Below, one piece after another: positions 27,401 through 40,100 of a DNA stretch of 64,000 nucleotides (position 1 is the stretch's first letter; each line of letters opens with the position of its first letter). The DNA is taken from contig NMRA01000261.1 of assembly GCA_002633005.1 (NCBI GenBank), forward strand, positions 372,001 through 436,000, in the 5' to 3' direction. A model generated the notes under the pieces. The model was given only the letters and a program-made list of their open reading frames with translations, did not search any database and had not been told where the DNA came from. A program made the position numbers and the translations under genes. The DNA comes from Phoronis australis. Its lineage: Eukaryota > Animalia > Phoronida.

Positions 27401-30235
27401 AATATTGGGTGAGATTGGCCAAGTATTTTACTTTGCCAGGTAGTCCTTGATTGTCTATCACTGAGCGCTGAGTCAACTTTTGTAAGATTAAAAACCGGAT
27501 CTGGTGATCGCCGCACAAATAAAAAAGTACATGTTCAATCAATGTTTCGTCTATTCATTAGACTATGGCCAAAAACTTATTTAATTAACTTTTGTAATCC
27601 GTTTTAGGATCTCAAGCACTGACTGTCCATAACAGTACATTTCTCAAAAAGCCCAACCTTTTGTTCTTTTTGTCTTTTTAAAATCTTTTACTGAATCTTG
27701 AAAATTGGATGCTCTCATCTGAGTGATATTCAGTCAGTAATGAAAAGATTTCATTTATTTATTGCATGGTGATGGCAATTAGGGAATTAAGGTTTCATTC
27801 TGTTGCTTTATGGTAAAATATTTTTTCACGAGCACGCACATGAACATTACAACAACGACTTCTCTTTAAGCGCCAACATGTGCGTATGCGTGTAGTTACA
27901 TAGTACTTATGTTACTCTGTCTCCCTGACATCCCAAAACTTCCTAGCATGATATTGATGAAAGGCTGGGCACCAATTCTGGATAGAAAGTTTTAATGAGA
28001 TAACCAGACACCAGTGGTGATTGTGGATACTATTTGTGGACAGTAACTTGGTTCCAGTGTCAATCGCCAATAGCAGATGAATGTGGCCTACACAGCTCAA
28101 GCAATCTCTCTCAGGAACAGCCTATTATGATTGACAAGATAGTTACCATGAGTGTCAAATCAAGTGTTTTGTGCAATGGCGGCCTCACCTATGTGGCATG
28201 CGCACGTCCAATAACATTAAGGCATCGGACCAGACACAACCTGTCTGAGGGTACCACTAGGCCAGTGCCACCCACTTTTTAATCTGCCATGCCCCCAGGG
28301 CCAGGACAGTGCTTTTCAGTGTTTTTTGATTTTTAGTGCATTTCAAAATAGGTAGAGAACCGATGGACGGATCTCAATGAAACGTGACACAGGTATGTGC
28401 ATGACGACAATGTGCCAGCACTAGTCAATTTTCGAAGTAATTAGACCACTGCACTACCGGAGTGGCCATTTTGGTTTGAACAATGGGCCTTTTCAGTACT
28501 TTTGAATGGGATAGTGTTTGTGGATGATATCTAGAGGACCAGTTGATAGATATCAACAAAGGTAATGATATAGAGGTATGAGATGGTGATAGCACCAGTC
28601 AACTTTAGAGCATATTCCAGCAACTGGCGCACTTCCTAGAGGCCATTTTGTTCGGTTGCCCTGATTGATATCTCAGGTTGTATTTTGATGAAATTTGACC
28701 AGGGCCCGGTCTCCAATCTTTTTACTCGAAACGGAACTCGAAATTAGATTTGGCATTTTCTACTCTACTTTTGGGCGAACTCAAGATAAGTGTCTATTAT
28801 TCTATGCTCGAGTACACAATAACTTACGTAGATAATTTGTTGCCCTTAGTTCACAGTTTGTAAACCCAATATCAAAGCAATAAGTTTGAGCTTGAACTCG
28901 AAATTTCGAGTTTTTACTCAAGTTTGTAGCACGAATATAACGGTCTTCAAGGGCAAACTTGAACTAGAAACTCCTATGCATAAACTATAATGTATTCGAG
29001 CACAGTCTGATAACCAATTATCTTAAGTTAGCACAAAAGGAGCAGAGAAATTGCCAAAAATAGTTTTGAGTTCGTTTCGAGTACAAAGATTAGAGACCGG
29101 GCCCAGGGGCCAGACTTAACATTTTATGAGAAGAAGTTAGATTCTGGACATAGAGAATGGCTGGATGGAATTCCATGAAACTTGACAGAGAGGTATACAA
29201 ATAGGCAGCAATGCTCTGGCACTAGTTGCATGGGTTTTGGGCAGATTCGACTGCCGCAGCACCACCTAATGGCTATTTTGATCAAACAACACATGAAACC
29301 AGAGAACAAAATGGCCACTAGAAGGTGTTGCAGTAGTCGAATCAGGTCGAAAATCAGGTGCAATCTCATCATATACCTCTCTGTCAAGTTTCAATGAAAT
29401 CTGCCAATTGGTTCTCTATAGATATATCTGCAAATGCTCTTCTACCAAACAACACTTGAAAAGCCCTTGTAGATAAAAAATGGCCACTAGGAGGTGCTAT
29501 GGAAGCAGAAACTGCCCGAAAATTCAATGGTGCTGGCACACTGATATCACCAACCTTTTGGTCAAGTTTCATTCAAATGTCTATAGGAATTTGACTGCGG
29601 AAGGTGGTATGACGTCATATCCCGTGACGTGCGCAGTGTAAAAATGACCAGTTACCTATTTTGGGAACTGAACGAAGGACTGCTTGAAGAAAAAGTTTAA
29701 TAACAGGAGTATTTGTTCGAGTAAATTCGAGTTGCCGGGAAAGAATTAAAGACATGGACGGCCTCTTTAGGGGTCCCTGTGCGCATAAGATGATTTTTTC
29801 AATCGGTGTGAGGCATGAGGTATAATTCGCCGAAAACCTTTCGGCATGAAGCGCCTATACTATAGGAGCTACACCGTCTCTTTTGAGCCAGCTAGCGACG
29901 GTGTGACTCACTGTGACTGTCTACTCCATAAGCTGATGTTCGTCCATTATTACTGCCGTACTTACTTCGTTGATCAGCTCCGGGTATGTGAATGAAAATG
30001 TGTATTGTCGTGTGTAATCAAGTTCCATGATATATTCTTTATCAAATACAGCAACTTCTGGATCCATTGTGGTCTTCCACTCCGCCTCGAAAACACCAAC
30101 GCCAACGGCATGATCGTGCGCTTGATTTTCCAGTTGAAAACCACTGGAATTCACGAAATAAGACACGTTCGAAAATAAAAACAATAAGAAACCATTACCA
30201 GGCAATTCAAATGATCGAAATCGCCTGAAGAGCAT
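870..30235 (-). CDS. SIDT1: SID-1 transmembrane family (SIDT1/2-like) gene, 5' part; continues beyond the left edge of the window
   Basis: Phase-consistent exons on the - strand: 30235-29966, 14133-14012 ([20 protein letters not shown]), 11482-11300 (RTLCP), 11067-10923 ([33 protein letters not shown]), 10226-10143 ([28 protein letters not shown]), 7700-7601 ([14 protein letters not shown]), 7319-7263, 2537-2444 (first TM helix), 913-870. All have GT-AG ends, and the motifs match the SID-1 extracellular domain. SIDT1 vs SIDT2 orthology is not resolvable. Confidence 0.93.
935..1500. repeat. Minisatellite, ~70-75-bp unit
   Basis: GAGTATCTACCAG(ACGAG)TGTTATACACAGC(A/G)AATGTTATGACAAGTGATCA.. repeated about 5 times, then degenerating. 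Confidence 0.85.
1500..1680 (+). mobile_element. Second copy of the tRNA-derived SINE
   Basis: GGGTTCGAGTCCCACTGG..CACTGCTAAACCCTT matches the 43800-43930 copy. Confidence 0.45.
2577..3772 (+). mobile_element. Helentron/DINE-1-like non-autonomous interspersed element, copy 1
   Basis: Starts ACAAGAGC; 5' ATGCGCCCA is inverted to 3' TGGGCGCAT; terminal hairpin ATGCGTCCACA..TGTGGGCGCAT followed by an A-run; internal degenerate subunits; closely similar copy at 22431-23131. Confidence 0.65.
5377..5685 (+). pseudogene. KolX / P2X7-ballast-like Cys-rich accessory protein, N-terminal remnant
   Basis: Acidic N-terminus, then GYMFEP ... [27 protein letters not shown]. The similarity stops where the antisense transposase remnant begins. 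Confidence 0.75.
5680..6470 (-). pseudogene. THAP-domain transposase N-terminal remnant (Kolobok-type)
   Basis: ATG at 6470: [45 protein letters not shown] (C2CH THAP, two in-frame TAG stops), then a Ser-rich linker and [23 protein letters not shown] zinc-binding segment. The catalytic domain is absent. Confidence 0.82.
8487..9102 (-). mobile_element. Solo LTR candidate
   Basis: TG..CA termini (TGAACA / TGTTACA) with AAAA on both flanks. On the - strand, a TATA box (CTATAAATAG, ~8925) lies upstream of AATAAA (~8545). Confidence 0.5.
9378..9436. repeat. (CACG)n/(CA)n microsatellite
   Basis: Directly visible in the sequence. Confidence 0.9.
18300..18720 (+). mobile_element. Penelope-like retroelement relic (GIY-YIG endonuclease C-terminus)
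   Basis: [51 protein letters not shown], followed by a degenerate ..ACCGAAAC motif typical of PLE 3' ends. Confidence 0.7.
19459..19984. mobile_element. hAT-like MITE
   Basis: TIR CAGGGCTTGGAAT..ATTCCAAGCCCTG with AATAAC on both sides (6-bp TSD); related inverted fragment at ~51670-51840. Confidence 0.7.
19990..21220 (+). mobile_element. Helentron-like element with ~430-bp internal tandem duplication
   Basis: 5' ACTCTGCGCG, TGACC-rich units repeated at ~20090-20520 and ~20520-20960, an AAG/AAT microsatellite, and the 3' hairpin TACTCTGCGC-ttacac-GCGCAGAGTA plus A-run. Confidence 0.55.
22431..23131 (+). mobile_element. Helentron/DINE-1-like element, copy 2 (fewer internal subunits)
   Basis: Same 5' end, internal blocks and 3' hairpin as 2577-3772. 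Confidence 0.65.
25061..27012 (+). mobile_element. Related Helentron-like subfamily element, interrupted by an insertion and an assembly join
   Basis: ACAAGAGC start, repeated GCCACTAGGAGGTGCT..CCCGAAAATTCAA subunits, GGCGCATAAAAA end. Related subunits occur at ~28230-28700 and ~29150-29580, and older copies at ~11860-13740. Confidence 0.5.
28703..29103. mobile_element. PIF/Harbinger-like MITE
   Basis: TIR GGCCCGGTCTC(C/T)AATCTTT..ACTCGAAACG with CAG TSD; degenerate relative at ~62255-62610. Confidence 0.72.
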
Positions 30236-31152
30236 TGCAGATATATAGAGAAATCTTTCGCTGCCAATTAAAATTTAAACAAACATGTATCAGCGATCGT
30301 TCCGTGTCACGTTCTTGTTTCCGGGTTTATCACCGGTAGAACATTTCACAGCAGGTGGCGATGTGCTGCGCGATACCGTTTCGAGTCTCCTCCCTAAGCC
30401 TCGAGATGGCGCTAATCGGTTTAATGGCGAACAGCGTCATCTTGAGGCTGGTCCAGGAGTAGGCTAATAATATTAGCTCATTCAGTGGGCTCTGTAGATC
30501 CTGGGCCCGATTTTGCAAGACAGATTAATGTTACACTGTTTACGTATGGAAATACCTGATGTATTTACATGTGGAGCATTGAAAGCACAGTTGGTGTATG
30601 ACGTAAATGTTCATTCACTAACGCTACCTGGTGGGCAATAGTGATTGCTTCTTGAGAACGAAACGGTGTGTCGTGAGCAGATGTTAGTACCTTGGATTAA
30701 AAAGGCTCACTAGGCACTTATCTTTGTTTATTTTCAGGCAACGTTTCAGCATTGGAATAATGAGTTACAGTGCAATAATGTTAAAGTGTTAAGAGCAATA
30801 GATTCAATTTCATTTTGTCCAATACTTGCGAGATGCGTAACACTGTCTTCCAAAACTCAGTGACAATTTAATGACATGGACGAAGACGCTGTTTGAGCAC
30901 TGTAATGCACTGATTACGTAATATCGTACAATATTGTCACAGAGTGGCATTATATACCTTCGCATAAGGCATATTTAGATCCCATTTTGGGCACTTTTAC
31001 CCGGAGGTAAACACTTGTCAGCTTTTGACCAGTCAGTGTCAGTGAGTATAGTGAAATTAATCGTGAGGCCGAGTTGAGGATACGAAGGTCAAAAACTGGA
31101 GCCAAGTAGTGTTGATTGGACACTTTCACTGTTGAAGCCGAAGACAGAAATA
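30236..31152. promoter_or_regulatory. Putative shared/bidirectional promoter between SIDT and the nuclear receptor
   Basis: The divergent start codons are only ~0.9 kb apart and the interval is CpG-richer than the introns. Positional inference only. Confidence 0.45.
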
Positions 31153-34100
31153 ATGTCTGAACCGACTAGTGTCAGTGACTGTGGAGACGGTGAACGAAAC
31201 GATAAAGAAGGTGGTTCCAACCTTTCTGCTAGTGCAGGTGAGGCTACTGTGTCATGTCCAGCTAACTGCCGGGCAGCCCATGGCTTGGACCTGTCACCAG
31301 GACATGTGATTAAGAGTGTTGGTAATACTGAATTGTTGCAAGTTAATGCTATGACAGCTGAAGAGAATGTGACTACTGCCACCTTGACTAGAGGTATTAA
31401 AAGTGATGGTTTGTTTATTTTTGTGTTGAATTGACGATAATTATAACTCTGTTTCATTAGAAAAAGTAAACTTTGATTTAAAGTAGTTAATGAAATTGGT
31501 CTCAAATTGTTCCCTAGTCTATTTTGAGGTGATTTCATGACTTAACGGAAAGAAGTAAGAGTTCGTTATTCACTGGTGACCAGGCAGACTCAAAATTGTC
31601 GTGGCATATGGCATTTCGTGGGTAATGGTCACTTGCCAATAGTTACCCATGGGTATTTTGAGAGTCATTGTTCTCCACTGAACAACAAAAATAAAATTGA
31701 TTCTCAAAAGTGACTTTATTGCCATTTTGTGCACCCAGATGATCTCAAGGGATTACAAACTGTTAGTTCATTGCAAATCTAGGTCTTCATTTCTCATCGT
31801 GGTCAAGAACAAGTTGAGTGAGCTAAATCAGTTCTTGGACAGAACATAGGTTTTTACCTGGTTTAAAAATAGTTGTGTTTAGCTAATTTTAAGTTATATT
31901 TAGAGTGCTCTTGGGTGATATGATCGGTCCGTTTAGGAAAGGACCAAACTGATTCTTTTGTTTAAAACAAATTTAAAAATTAGAAAAACGAGCCAGGTTT
32001 TAATTTTTCATTTTTCAATTTCTTTAAAAAATTCAAAATAAGAAAATCAAGTCGATTATTGATTTTTTGTGTTTTGTGGAGGGAACGAAGACGCAGTCTA
32101 CTTCCATTTTTGTTTTCTAAAGTCCTTAGCTCAGAACATTACAAAAATAATTGAATTTTTGGACATTTATGGACATTTCCAATCTTTGCATAAGGGAGGA
32201 CAAAGCAACACTCCCAAATCTTTTTGGATGTCAATCAAAGTCAAATTTCTTAGGCACCCAATTAGATTGAAGGATCAGCCTTCAGTTGACCAATGGTTTA
32301 GTCAGGTGCTCCATATGACACTAGAAAAAACAATTGCAGCTTTGTTCACTTGATTGCCTTTGATGGGTTGTTTGATGGCTGATACCCCTCTGTCTTCACC
32401 TCAATCTTTCTCATAAGTTTTGCCGTGTTCCACAGTATAGGCAATGACATCATAATACTGTTTCAACTCCGACATAGTGATGTAGTCTATATCTGGTCCA
32501 CCACTTCACCTGTTGACAACTGTTTATTAGTTCACAACTAATTTATTGAATTTANNNNNNNNNNNNNNNNNNNNNNNNNNNNNNNNNNNNNNNNNNNNNN
32601 NNNNNNNNNNNNNNNNNNNNNNNNNNNNNNNNNNNNNNNNNNNNNNNNNNNNNNNNNNNNNNNNNNNNNNNNNNNNNNNNNNNNNNNNNNNNNNNNNNNN
32701 NNNNNNNNNNNNNNNNNNNNNNNNNNNNNNNNNNNNNNNNNNNNNNNNNNNNNNNNNNNNNNNNNNNNNNNNNNNNNNNNNNNNNNNNNNNNNNNNNNNN
32801 NNNNNNNNNNNNNNNNNNNNNNNNNNNNNNNNNNNNNNNNNNNNNNNNNNNNNNNNNNNNNNNNNNNNNNNNNNNNNNNNNNNNNNNNNNNNNNNNNNNN
32901 NNNNNNNNNNNNNNNNNNNNNNNNNNNNNNNNNNNNNNNNNNNNNNNNNNNNNNNNNNNNNNNNNNNNNNNNNNNNNNNAAAATTTAATACAACTTCATT
33001 TTTTGTACATGGGTAGGTATCCTAACATAAACCCAAATGCCAAATTTTGTGCACTCAATGACCCCTAATTTCGCCGCTGGAGCATGATAACACAAATTAG
33101 CACAATTGGGCATATTAGCTGTCTCAAAAATTGCATGTTTTCAGCAACAAAAATGAGTAACATACAAAATATATCAAAAGCTATATTTTGGTGGCTGAAA
33201 TAACCAACGTATACTGTGCATAATTCTATGCCATTTATTAAAATCTGACAGTTTTGTGCTAGACAGGGGAGATAATCCACAGTCCACTTTTTGGGGCTAA
33301 TTTTAGTGGCCATTTTTACTGCCATAAATCACCTTGTAGCCTTATGTGACGTTTTGAACATACAGTTAAAGAGTTAGTCTTGATGACTGAGCAATAAAAA
33401 ATCTTGCCTCAACTTTGCACTTCAGTGAAAAGTATCTTGCAAAACTGTCTATTTTCATAGTTTGGAAATGACGAGCAGAGTTTACAGACCATTTGAACAA
33501 ACTTTTAGGCAAGAAGTCTGCTTTAAATAGTTATAGAAACCAAGTCTAAACTCTTTCAAATCCAAACAAGGTGTTTTCCGGGTTTATTACGCGACTAGTA
33601 TCAAAACTGAACCCGATGACCTTTGCCCACTGAGGGAGTCAGTTGACTGAGGTTAAGCTTGAGGATATATAAAAATGTACGTAACCCTCTTGTATTCTTC
33701 CATTTCTTTTACATTACCCGGTTAATTTAAACACTCTGTAGAAATTTTAAATGGACATAAATGCCTTTAAGATTAAACGAGTAAGAATTGATATGACTGG
33801 TTTTGAGAGAAACAAGTGCATTTTAAAAAGACAAAATGGCGGACGATGTCGATGGGCCTTCATGTTCCTTTAGAGTTTAGTCTGCAAAAAATCCGATCAC
33901 AAAAGTTTTGTGCTTTAGTGAGTTATGTCAAAGACACCACTGAACATTTGAGATACAGGAAACTACCTCACAAAGCAAGGCCTGTGCCAGAGTACGGAGT
34001 CGTACTACCCATTGTCAGTGAATTTCTGACTGAACAGGACCAGTCATGGAAGAGTCAGGTAATGCTGGATGTTACCACTCTACTCCTCTCCTCCTGAACG

Positions 34101-37100
34101 TAGCAGCCTTGTCAAATTCGACCGGCATTTCTGTTTCGAGATATGACTTTAGTGAAAGTCAGAATGGGAAGGATCTCTGTGATCGCAAGATCGCTCCATT
34201 CAAACAACATGTAAAGTACTTTGTAGCCGAAGGTAGCAATATCATAAACTTTCTGGATTTGAAAGAAGCATTACTTTCCAGTGTCCGTGTGAAGGGATGT
34301 TATGTGTATGCATGTTCAGTCAATGCAACAAAGTCTTTTCCAAAATACTCAGTTCGTGGTATAAGCACATTCCCAAATTTCCACTATTCCACCCAAGGAA
34401 TTCGCATGTGGAAATCATTCAATGTAGGTGGTGGTAAGTTCTTACAAATACTGAGAAAATGGGATACCTATTTCTCTAAAATACACTAACATCTCTAGAC
34501 ATGGCGGATTTTCAGCACCAAGAGTTAAGGTTGGCATTGTATCTAGTGAAGAGCCTCAACAAAAGTTCCCTTGTACCCAGCAAGGTTACTCGAAAGTTTT
34601 TGCTACAGACGCAGAACTAGGTCAGCATTTGGATGTGGGTAACCACACTGAACATTTACAGAGGGAAACCACGTATGACCACACCGCACGACAGTGGTCA
34701 GAAATGCTTTCAGATGCAAGAACCGGAGCGTCATTTGAGGCAGCCTCAGAGTACTATTTGGATGAGACGAATGCTGAAGCAATAGGTTAGGCATTGAAAG
34801 AAAGGTACTGAAAGGTCAACAAGATTTTCAGCAAAGGTTAAGAACTTTCTGACGAACATATTCGATGAAGGAGATAAGTCAGGTAAAAACGTTCACCCTC
34901 GTAAGTGCCAAAATGGAAAAAACATTACGAGAATCCACTGGGAAAGTGTTTACCTGTGATATTAAGTGAATCGCAGATTGGTGTATTTTTTCGAGGTTGT
35001 CTGCAGCAATGTTTATGACGATGCTATTTCTGCTGAAGATGCTGTTATGTCGTCAGATTTACTGAATTAAGTGGTACATGTAAATGAGCTCAACGTTTAG
35101 CCTAGTTTTGTAGCATACCAGTCAAAGATGTGTGTTATATGAAGTCGAGACCGTTACTTCTGTTTACTTCATGTCTGTCATGAACGAGTCATTAATAAAA
35201 TTGTCTCTCGTGAATTATTTTCTATTGACTGTGAATATGTACCTTTTTATATCACTGATGATCACACTGGCAGAAATATTCAGCGTTAGGGTGCCCGGGT
35301 GTGGGGGGAACACCAGATTTCTGGCGACTGGTGTCGACTAAAATTTGTAGCAACCAGCAGGGACGTTACAATATGAACCCAAAGATACAACGAATATTGA
35401 CAAGTTGAGGGATTTTTTACACTGAACACTAGGGGGCCATATCCAACTTGGGTGCCTTCCTTTGCCTGTGGCACGAAAAAGGAAGATAGAAAACAAGGCA
35501 GGGGTGAGTTCAGTAACTCTAGAACCTCTCTAAAATTTATCCAAAACCACGTGTTCTCATTTAAAATGCAGAGCAATATCTCGCAAAGTGTTGAAGGTCC
35601 TCGTGTTACTGCTCTTATTCTAGATGCGTCTTCAGTCTCCACGTAAACAAAAGCAGCGCCATCTATCATTTAGAACCACGCATGCCAGTTGATTTACGTT
35701 ACATATTTTTTGTAATAAGCAATAATCATCAATGACGTTTCAGAGAATGGTAATTAATAATGCTGTCTGCCTTTTCTCCAAAATACAAGGTTTTTATGTC
35801 GTGTTTCGCAAGCTAATTATATGTTCCAAGAGCCCCCTATTGGCAGCAGAGGCAACTGAGAACATGCAAAAGGACGAAGTGCAGTTCGTGTAATGCTTCG
35901 TACGCAAAAACTACATTAGAGGCAAGATTTTTTTTTTAGATTATGAACAGGTTAGGTGTGACTAAACAAATTATTATAAAGTCAATTTCAGGAAAGGTGC
36001 GTTATGGCTGGTACAGAGTGCCAAATTTGGCCGAAAATGGCTTCAGTGAAAACCTGAAAAATAGCCATTTTTGCCTCACAAATTCAAAACGTACAAATTT
36101 AAAAATGGATTTTAAAAGTTATGCCATTAAATTATTCAGCCACTGCCCTTTCAATTCGTATTATTCATTTGTTTTGACCTTACCACACATGCTAGTAAAA
36201 TGCATTCAAACATGCCTACTTCGATGCCCAATTTTGTTGCAAAATGGAGGTACAGGTCATAAAAAGAAAAATAATGAATAAAAATTCTTAGAAAGTGAGG
36301 TTTTTCTACATCTCAACAAACCAAACTCATGTGCTAAGTTTAAAAAAAATCGGTGATTTTGGGTATAGACTCTACCTGTTGGTTCTTATATGGAGTCACT
36401 CTTAAAATCCTAGAATATATTCCTAGCATAGGCCTACGTGTGATGATTTCATGCAAAAGGTCAATCGGTACATTTTAATTAAAAAACATTGAATTAGTAG
36501 CAAAAGATAAATATAGCTTAAATACTGCAAAAGTATGAATAATTCTGAATTGATATTTTAGTCACAACAAACAATTTAATACTAGAAATTCAGAGCATAC
36601 GTCCGTTACGTACGTCGGTCACATTAACTCAACTTATATCGAGCTGTCTGACAAAAAAATTCTTAGCAGATATCATCAAAAAATTAGTGTGTTGTACTTT
36701 GCAAACATTCTACTCGATCATCATATAAAACAAAAAATTGTAACGTAATGCAACTCGCAGAAAATTAACGTTAAAACATTTTAAAAAAATCAAATTCTCT
36801 CCATATGTCCGCCACACCCCTTTAAAGGCAATTTTCTCAGTCAGATTAAAAGATGACATGTGCTTTGAAAGCTATCAGTGAGGCCTATCAATTGATGTAT
36901 TAATCATTTTCCTTGGATGAACTTTTTTACAGTTGATCAAAATGTTGTCTGATTGTACGTCCGTCACAAATGGAATTGCCCTACTACCTTTTCTTTGATT
37001 TGATATGAAATGAATTTCGCATAATTGGTCTCAGAGTTGAAGATTGTGTTGACACGGTCTACTAGTATACCTCTAAGTTCGTCTTTTCCAATTCGGTGAG

Positions 37101-40100
37101 CCCTGTCGAGCTCTCAAGGTTTAACTTTTACTTTTAAAGACCCATCGGGTGTTTGAATGCTACTAGTAACCTCTGAATTTTCTTCATTCAAACCATAAAT
37201 ATGTATGCTATTCCTTCTTGAATACTGAGCAATGTTATTCACTTTTCCTTCAAGACACCACATTTTCCTTTTTAAGCTTAACCAGTACCGTAATCTTCCT
37301 TTAGTGTTAAAATCTTCTCATTTACAATAGTTTCACAGACTTTGCAGTTATCTTTGAACTTAGAAAATCTTTCCTCCAACTGATTTGCATCCATCTGTCT
37401 CATGGCTCAGTAAAGGGTTATTTACAAAAATTGAGTAATTCATGGTGGTTTTGAATGTTGACCTTTTCACCATCACAGCAGGTGTCCAGTTCTGGTAGTA
37501 ATAATGCCCTCAGTAACTTGCCATTGAATGCAGCTGTACTAGTCGTAGGACGGGCAAGTCCCACCACTGACATAAAAATTTCTCTAGAACACAAAATTCT
37601 TTTAAAACTCAAAACAAATTCAATACAGTCTCTAACACAAACTTGCCTCTGAGCAAAAACCTGTTTGTTCTTGTAACTTCTTTTGGAAAATATCTGAACT
37701 ATTGTAGGGAGCACATTTACACACGCCTTGAAAAGCCGCAGCACCCCCTTTTACTTTGACTTTTGTAATTTGCCTTTTAGGTACAAGTGACATTTCAAGT
37801 AGCCAGTTGTGTTTGGTGTGTGGTGACAAGGGTTCTGGCTTCCATTACTCGGTATATTCTTGTGAAGGTTGCAAAGGATTCTTCAAGAGGTGGGGACACT
37901 ATTGCATTGCTATAGTTTCAAAAATGATGGGCGTTGCATGTATTGGAATATCCTAAGTCAAGTATAATATTTAGTCTTTCACAGAGTAGTTAGCTTTATT
38001 AACTTAACTTTTGAGTCATTTCGTTTGTTGCATTATGTTTTCTGTATAATAGGATTCTCAATGTTCACTACAAACTGCTTAGTTGCTCTGAAGTGATGGT
38101 TTCCATATCTCTGTTCAACACTTTTGTTTCCATAGAACTGTTCAGAAGAATTTGACTTACAAGTGTAAAGCTGACAACAATTGTCCTATCAACCGCTATT
38201 CAAGGAATGCTTGCCAAGCATGCCGCTACGACAGGTGTTTAGTCGCTGGAATGAAGAAAGATGGTAAGATTTCGATGGAATTGCCCCATAGCACCAGTTA
38301 GTCCTATACTTTAAAAACATCTGCAATTCTTTCCCAAGTTTTTGCCAGTGTCCATGCCTATTCATAGGAGAGCTTCAGCATTCAGCCACTTGGGTAAAAA
38401 GTGACAAATTTCCACGGTTCTTATTGGTGATGGGAGGATAAAAAATTTAAAGACATTTCATAACAAAAACGTCATTTGCGAGTCATGTTGTGAGTCAAAT
38501 GTTAACCCACTTTTCTATCGGGGAAAATAACTTTGAAAATACCTGTCTGTTATCTGGCCTCTCAATGCCTTGGTTTTGGTCCCAAATATCAGCTTCATTC
38601 CCTTTTGAGAAACATTTGAAAAATCATACAAAATTCTCTTCATCTTGTCCAGAACTTCTCAAATGATCAAAAGTTCCTATCGAAGTCAGAATCTGAGCTC
38701 CACCGCATGCAGACACTGGGCACATTCAGTGTCGACCTTGCTGCCTCAATTTGAAGAACTGTCTTAGTTTATTGCAAGTGCATGGTATTGACCAAAGAAA
38801 GTCTTTGAGCGTAGTGTCTTGTTTCGCTACAAACGATACGTATCGTTCCCCTGGACTGGTAAAACCAAGAAATTTCCAACATCAGGATCTGATCTAGAAA
38901 CATGTTGCATTAAACTTGCCAAACAAGCCTTATGTGTCGGCACTCAATGCTGTGATAGAAAGTGTAGGTCAGAGCTTACTGTCACACAAAGGAATCCGCA
39001 CTTGAAAGTTAAATCTAATTTCTCTGAATGTCTATCGTTTTTCTCCTTTCGAAGTTTTTTGGTGATAGTATTTCATAACATAAGTCAAACACATCTGTTA
39101 AACGTCATTTGGAAATAGTATTTTTTAAATATCGGTTAGCGTCAAGTGTGCTGTTTGCAACATAATTGCTGGATTACATGAGCTTATCATATGAACCTAG
39201 ACAATTAGAGAGCTGGACTATGCAAACATTGGTTTGCCAACTCTCTTCCCTAGGTATCATTGTCAAAGACTGATAACGACATGGCTATAACCCGAGTTCC
39301 CGGCCACCGAAATTGGGAAACTCACCCCACAGCGTATGAGTGTAACGGTTATTCTAAGTGAAACCACAAGGATTTGATGGTGGTCACGGGGGGTTGGAAT
39401 TGGGGAGGGAATGAGGTTGGTGATGATGGGGGAAAAGAATTTTCACACATTTCAGAAGGTACACACACCTTTTGCCCCTAAGGTGAGCGAGCACCCTGTC
39501 TCTCTCGGGAGAGTCATGAAGAATGAAAACACTATGTTAGTATTTGCAGTTACCCACTAGGTGTCATTTCAAAAAGGCTTGTATAAAGTTTTTTGATTGG
39601 AAATTTTTATCTACTGACTAATTAATAAAGGATGGTATAAATTCTAATCATGCTTCATAATAACTAGTGGTTTCAGTCAGTAAGACTTGAATATATAACT
39701 TGGGAAGTGATCAACAGTCCAATGTTTTCATTGCCATTTATTCTGTTACAGGCTCTACTAAGGATTGTTTTTAAGCAGAAGCCACCAGTTACATTACTCA
39801 CATTTTTAATTAGATATGACCTTTTTAAATTGCATTCACTGGCTGTTCAGCTTACATTGGTAACTGTCGCTCTTCATATACCTTTGTTACTTTGTATTTT
39901 CAGCTGTGAGAGATGACAGGACACCTGGTGGTAAACACAGAAACAAGAGACAGCGAACTGATGTAGTTCCGGCTTACGAGGTTGAACCTTACAAAAATGA
40001 TCTAGCTCAGGCGTTGGTTGATGCTAAGCCTGATCTAATCCCAAACGCAGCTGGCTGTGGAGAACCTGCAATGACCGATTGTGGTAAAATGATTCAGGCT

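Noticed and set aside
32546-33016. 156-aa ORF in the ORF track
   Set aside because: It merely spans the N gap.
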